A stretch of 64,000 nt of DNA from Nemertoderma westbladi (lineage: Eukaryota; Animalia; Xenacoelomorpha). Under the pieces are notes generated by a model. That model was not told the DNA's origin. It saw only the letters and a program-made list of their open reading frames with translations, and made no database searches. This document shows positions 61,401 through 64,000 of this stretch, piece by piece. How positions within the stretch are numbered: position 1 is the stretch's first letter; each line of letters opens with the position of its first letter. Location: the NCBI GenBank assembly GCA_032718475.1, contig JAUCBJ010000069.1, positions 62,001-126,000 of the forward strand, written 5' to 3'. A program made the position numbers and the translations under genes.

Positions 61401-64000
61401 TTAAAAAACAACGACAGATGCGGTGCAACAACGATTAATTCGGTCGATTTCCGAGGGACAAATCCCGCCGAGTCTGGGCCGATAAGTCTCGCCGAGTCTG
61501 GGCCAATAAACACCGCCGATTCTGGGTTAACTTACAACGACAGATGCGGTGCAACAACGACTAATCCTATCGACTTCCGGTCAATTAATCCCGCCGAGTC
61601 TGGGCCAATAAATCCCGCCGAGTCTAGGCCAATATATACTGCCGATTCTGGGTTAACGAACAATGACAGATGCGGTGCAACGACGACTAATCCTATCGAC
61701 TTGTGGTCGATTAATCCCGCTGAGTCTGGGCCGATAAATCCCGCCGAGTCTAGGCCAATAAATACCGCCGATTCTGGGTTAACAAACAACGACAGATGCG
61801 GTGAAATGACGATGAATTCGGTCGATTTCCGAGGGACAAATCCTGCCGAGTCTGGGCCGATAAATCTCGCCGAGTCTGGGCCGATTAATCCCGCTGAGTC
61901 TGGGCCAATAAATCCCGGCGTGTCCAGGCTAATAAACCACGACAGATCCAGGGCAACGAGGACTACCGACTTCCTGCCGACAAATCCCATCATTGAAGAC
62001 CAATTGGATGATGGAAGTTGGGTAGTACGAGCCAATAACAATGTCAAAGTAAACCTGAGCTGGGGAGGAGGCCCGGGTATCCATACAACCAATGATAACC
62101 CAGTTCAGGTTGGCACCACTAGATATGATGTACCAGTAGACATTCATACCAATACAATAGTAGCCAATGATACATCAATTTCTGAAACTAAACTTTCGTT
62201 TTTAAATAATACCTGTACAGATACAGGCAGAACCTGCACCATTGACTACTGTACCTGTCTATGTAACCATGCTGGTAGTAAATCAGAGGCTTTGAAAGCA
62301 AGTCATAGGAATACACAGACACACATATGTAACTCCTCAATCTGTGAAACAGGCGATTTGCCAAATTGTTTTTCCTTTTCTAACAAATTTAAAGATATTG
62401 CCATGGGCCACATGCTGGGGGGAGGACATACAGACAATAAAGAAGGGGGACATCAATATGACCCTTATGTAGCTGAGTGTATAACATCTGTAGGGGGAAG
62501 CACTATCTTTGAAATACCAGACTCCCATAATCTACCCACAGACACAAACATTGACGAAATCACAGAAACCCATATCGAACAGCCTCACACACAGCCGCAA
62601 ACTAGGTCCCATTCTCAAACCTACACTCCAAATACCATCGGTGATACTAATGTTTACACCTTGTCACAATCCACTAATTGCCTGGAGAATGAAAATTATG
62701 AAGTATCTAACACCAATCTCTCAGTATATGCAAATGTGTTTACCCCACATATATTAGACTCCAGGGACACCACATATAACCAGTCAAAAGCCACTACCAA
62801 CAACGAAACAACTACCTGTAATATTACTCATGATAGCATTATAGAAACCAGCACTGAACCAAGAATACCGAGGAGTGATGCTGAACAAAGCATGCTGATC
62901 AAAGAACTTGTCAAAGACATAAAAGATGGCAAAACAAAGTTGAATAGCTTTCTAATTCTACCAACATATGAAGACATAAAAACATTACAACCAGGCAGTT
63001 GGATCTCTGATGGCATTGTTGATGCATTCCTCAGCCTCTTGGGACAATTTGAACCAAGGGCACTTCCAGTAGTGTGCCAGCTCACACAAAAGTTCCACCA
63101 AACAAACTTCACATATGATAGGTTTGAAGCACTTAAATTCTTCGCAAAACCATATATTGAAAGGAATAGGAATGCAGAAAGAGGATGTGAATTTATCTTT
63201 TTCCCAGAATGTCATAGCGGCCATTTTATACTCCATGTTGCTGAAGTAAAAACCCGCACAGTGTATAAAGTTTGTTCTTTTCGTAATAAGAAGCCAACTA
63301 AGACAACACGAGAGATTGCTAAAAACCTCACTATCTTAGACGAAGCAATCGGGGCAGAAACAAATATCACAGCATGGAAAGCTTGCAACTCAAATTATCA
63401 TTTCCCAAAACAGAAGAATAATTTTGACTGTGGTGCTTTCCTATGTCAACACGCCCTTGCAATTGCTAACAATCAAAAAGATATACTAACAGTTAACAGC
63501 AACCAAATGCGTTCATGGTTGAAGAGATGTATTGACGAAGTCAAAGTATTAGATCTCCATGGCATACCAATTTGGCCTTCCGATCTATCACCAATCTCTA
63601 ATAAGCACAATACTAGCAATGCATCCACATCTGATGTTCAGTATATAAACAGCAATGACTCAGAGGCTACTGAGTTACAGGATGCTATGGAGTCTGTACA
63701 GAGGGCCTCTGACTTTATTTCAGTTATAAAGCGGTTAAAACTTCTGCAAAACCCAAAGGATGACCTTGCCAAATCTTTAATCACTCTGGGAATGAACAAA
63801 TTGGGAAAGCTGCAGAAATTATTATTTAAGGAAATTTCTGATAATCTTATAGGCGAAATACTAGGAGTACAGTGCTCTATCATTAATAGGAAATCAATTG
63901 AAGAACTGTCAAAGGATGTGGCTGAATTTGCTCATGTCATTTACAATAAAGCTCTGAGTGCAAACTTTAAGAAGCGCATCAACTCCTCATCAACAAATGC
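58464..64000 (+). CDS. Large intronless ORF, 3'-partial (>=1845 aa): Pro/Arg-rich N-terminus, about 25 x 42-aa repeats, Cys/His cluster, Thr/Asn-rich linker, Ulp1/C48 protease-like domain, helical region; probably a mobile-element protein
   Basis: Translated by hand: MPVCRTPPRPPHTRSKGPAPSLPTNGGG...; I found no stop in this frame up to ...KKRINSSSTN at the window end. It stays open through about 2 kb of non-repetitive sequence and contains recognisable protease motifs. It is absent from the ORF track because it lacks a stop. Confidence 0.92.
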   Translation, partial: MPVCRTPPRPPHTRSKGPAPSLPTNGGGRITMTTKNTGGSESKNSSDPGFTNVADSKSITHDRCGAMTTNPIDFRSINPAETGPINPADSGLTNHNRCGATTTNPIYFRSINPAESGPINPTESGPINTADSGLTNNDRCGTTTTNPIDFRSINPAESGPINPTESGPINTADSGLTNNDRCGAATTNPIDFRSINPAETGPINPAETGPINPAETGPINPAESGSINTADSGLTNHNRCGATTTNPIDFRSINPAETGPINPAETGPINTADSGLTNHNRCGATTTNPIYFRSINPAESGPINPTESGPINTADSGLTNNDRCGTTTTNPIDFRSINPAESGPINPTESGPINTADSGLTNNDRCGATTTNPIDFRSINPAESGPINPTESGPINTADSGLTNNDRCGTTTTNPIDFRSINPAESGPINPTESGPINTADSGLTNNDRCGATTTNPIDFRSINPAESGPINPTESGPINTADSGLTNNNRCGATTTNPIDFRSINPAETGPINPAETGPINPAETGPINPAESGSINTADSGLTNHNRCGATTTNPIDFRSINPAETGPINPAESGPINTADSGLMNHNRCGATTTNPIDFRSINPAESGPINPAESGPINTADSGLTNNDRCGATTINSVDFRGTNPAESGPISLAESGPINTADSGLTNNDRCGTTTTNPIDFRSINPAESGPINPTESGPINTADSGLTNNDRCGATTTNPIDFRSINPAESGPINPTESGPINTADSGLTNNDRCGTTTTNPIDFRSINPAESGPINPTESGPINTADSGLTNNDRCGATTTNPIDFRSINPAESGPINPTESGPINTADSGLTNNDRCGATTTNPIDFRSINPAETGPINPAETGPINPAETGPINPAESGSINTADSGLTNHNRCGATTTNPIDFQSINPAETGPINPAESGPINTADSGLMNHNRCGATTTNPIDFRSINPAESGPINPAESGPINTADSGLKNNDRCGATTINSVDFRGTNPAESGPISLAESGPINTADSGLTYNDRCGATTTNPIDFRSINPAESGPINPAESRPIYTADSGLTNNDRCGATTTNPIDLWSINPAESGPINPAESRPINTADSGLTNNDRCGEMTMNSVDFRGTNPAESGPINLAESGPINPAESGPINPGVSRLINHDRSRATRTTDFLPTNPIIEDQLDDGSWVVRANNNVKVNLSWGGGPGIHTTNDNPVQVGTTRYDVPVDIHTNTIVANDTSISETKLSFLNNTCTDTGRTCTIDYCTCLCNHAGSKSEALKASHRNTQTHICNSSICETGDLPNCFSFSNKFKDIAMGHMLGGGHTDNKEGGHQYDPYVAECITSVGGSTIFEIPDSHNLPTDTNIDEITETHIEQPHTQPQTRSHSQTYTPNTIGDTNVYTLSQSTNCLENENYEVSNTNLSVYANVFTPHILDSRDTTYNQSKATTNNETTTCNITHDSIIETSTEPRIPRSDAEQSMLIKELVKDIKDGKTKLNSFLILPTYEDIKTLQPGSWISDGIVDAFLSLLGQFEPRALPVVCQLTQKFHQTNFTYDRFEALKFFAKPYIERNRNAERGCEFIFFPECHSGHFILHVAEVKTRTVYKVCSFRNKKPTKTTREIAKNLTILDEAIGAETNITAWKACNSNYHFPKQKNNFDCGAFLCQHALAIANNQKDILTVNSNQMRSWLKRCIDEVKVLDLHGIPIWPSDLSPISNKHNTSNASTSDVQYINSNDSEATELQDAMESVQRASDFISVIKRLKLLQNPKDDLAKSLITLGMNKLGKLQKLLFKEISDNLIGEILGVQCSIINRKSIEELSKDVAEFAHVIYNKALSANFKKRINSSSTN
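58647..61990 (+). repeat. Coding minisatellite: 126-bp unit (DRCGATTTNPIDFRS-INPAESGP-INPTESGP-INTADSGL-TNN) with internal 24-bp subrepeats; 25 units plus a degenerate one
   Basis: Unit starts are 58647, 58749, 58875, 59001, 59175, 59301 ... 61665, 61791 and 61941. Unit lengths are 102/126/150/174 bp, differing by multiples of 24. A 1056-bp (8-unit) higher-order duplication is present (59931/60987; 60357/61413). Confidence 0.95.
62964..63533 (+). other. Ulp1/SENP-family (peptidase C48, clan CE) cysteine-protease-like domain within the long ORF
   Basis: Motifs occur in the canonical order: TYEDIKTLQPGSWISDGIVDAFL (cf. DlxtL..WLnDevI), FIFFPECHSGHFILHV (catalytic His, codon 63222), VYKVCSF (cf. 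iyyyDSl) and FPKQKNNFDCGAFLC (oxyanion Gln 63411, catalytic Cys 63429; cf. PqQxNgyDCGvf), followed by MRSWL. Recognised from family motifs; no search was run. Confidence 0.85.

Larger units (their letters stand above)
58294..64000 (+). mobile_element. Probable 5' part of a Ulp1-protease-encoding transposable element (class undetermined; non-LTR retroelement favoured), truncated by the window end
   Basis: Inference from the sharp junction with the array, the very short leader, the long intronless ORF, a TE-like N-terminus (RTPP, TRSK) and the Ulp1 domain, which is known cargo of NeSL non-LTR elements, Zisupton and MULE transposons. No RT, endonuclease, transposase or terminal repeat is seen in the window. 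Confidence 0.5.

Noticed and set aside
58385-62092. Minus-strand ORFs of 121, 173, 726 and 186 aa (FIGPDSAG repeats)
   Set aside because: These are antisense shadows sharing third codon positions with the + ORF. They are interrupted by stops, whereas the + frame is continuous and leads into a recognisable protease domain.
61929-63883. Short ORFs of 63-94 aa on both strands
   Set aside because: They overlap the long + ORF in other frames and show no recognisable motifs.
58464-64000. Assigning a host gene symbol (ULP1/SENP) or a named TE family
   Set aside because: Only domain-level motifs are recognisable. The architecture is not that of a cellular SENP, and the diagnostic mobility domains, if any, lie outside the window.

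Overview
Eukaryote-like window with two parts. (1) Positions 1-58294 are one uninterrupted, single-orientation tandem array of a 51-54 bp monomer (about 1,100 copies; consensus GGTGCTATTTAACCTAAAACCTCACTGCCACACGGCTACTCTATACAACACAA). The + strand is C/A-rich and G-poor, and each monomer carries a TAACCTAAAACC (TTAGG-like) core, so the polarity is that of a left chromosome end. The array varies at only a few discrete sites that assort almost freely, shows regional zonation, and contains higher-order duplications from 158 bp to about 4 kb. All ORFs listed inside it are repeat artefacts. (2) The array stops abruptly mid-monomer at 58294. It is followed by 45 bp of degenerate CCGTAA telomere-like hexamers/heptamers, a 125-bp AT-rich leader, and a long + strand ORF (ATG 58464, at least 1845 codons, open to the window edge). 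The ORF track missed this ORF because it has no stop in the window. It encodes about 25 copies of a 42-aa repeat, a Cys/His cluster, and a Ulp1/SENP (peptidase C48) SUMO-protease-like domain whose catalytic Asp position holds Cys. My best interpretation, which is inference only, is a non-canonical long-repeat telomere or subtelomere directly joined to the 5' end of a Ulp1-encoding mobile element. No reverse transcriptase or transposase is visible within the window.
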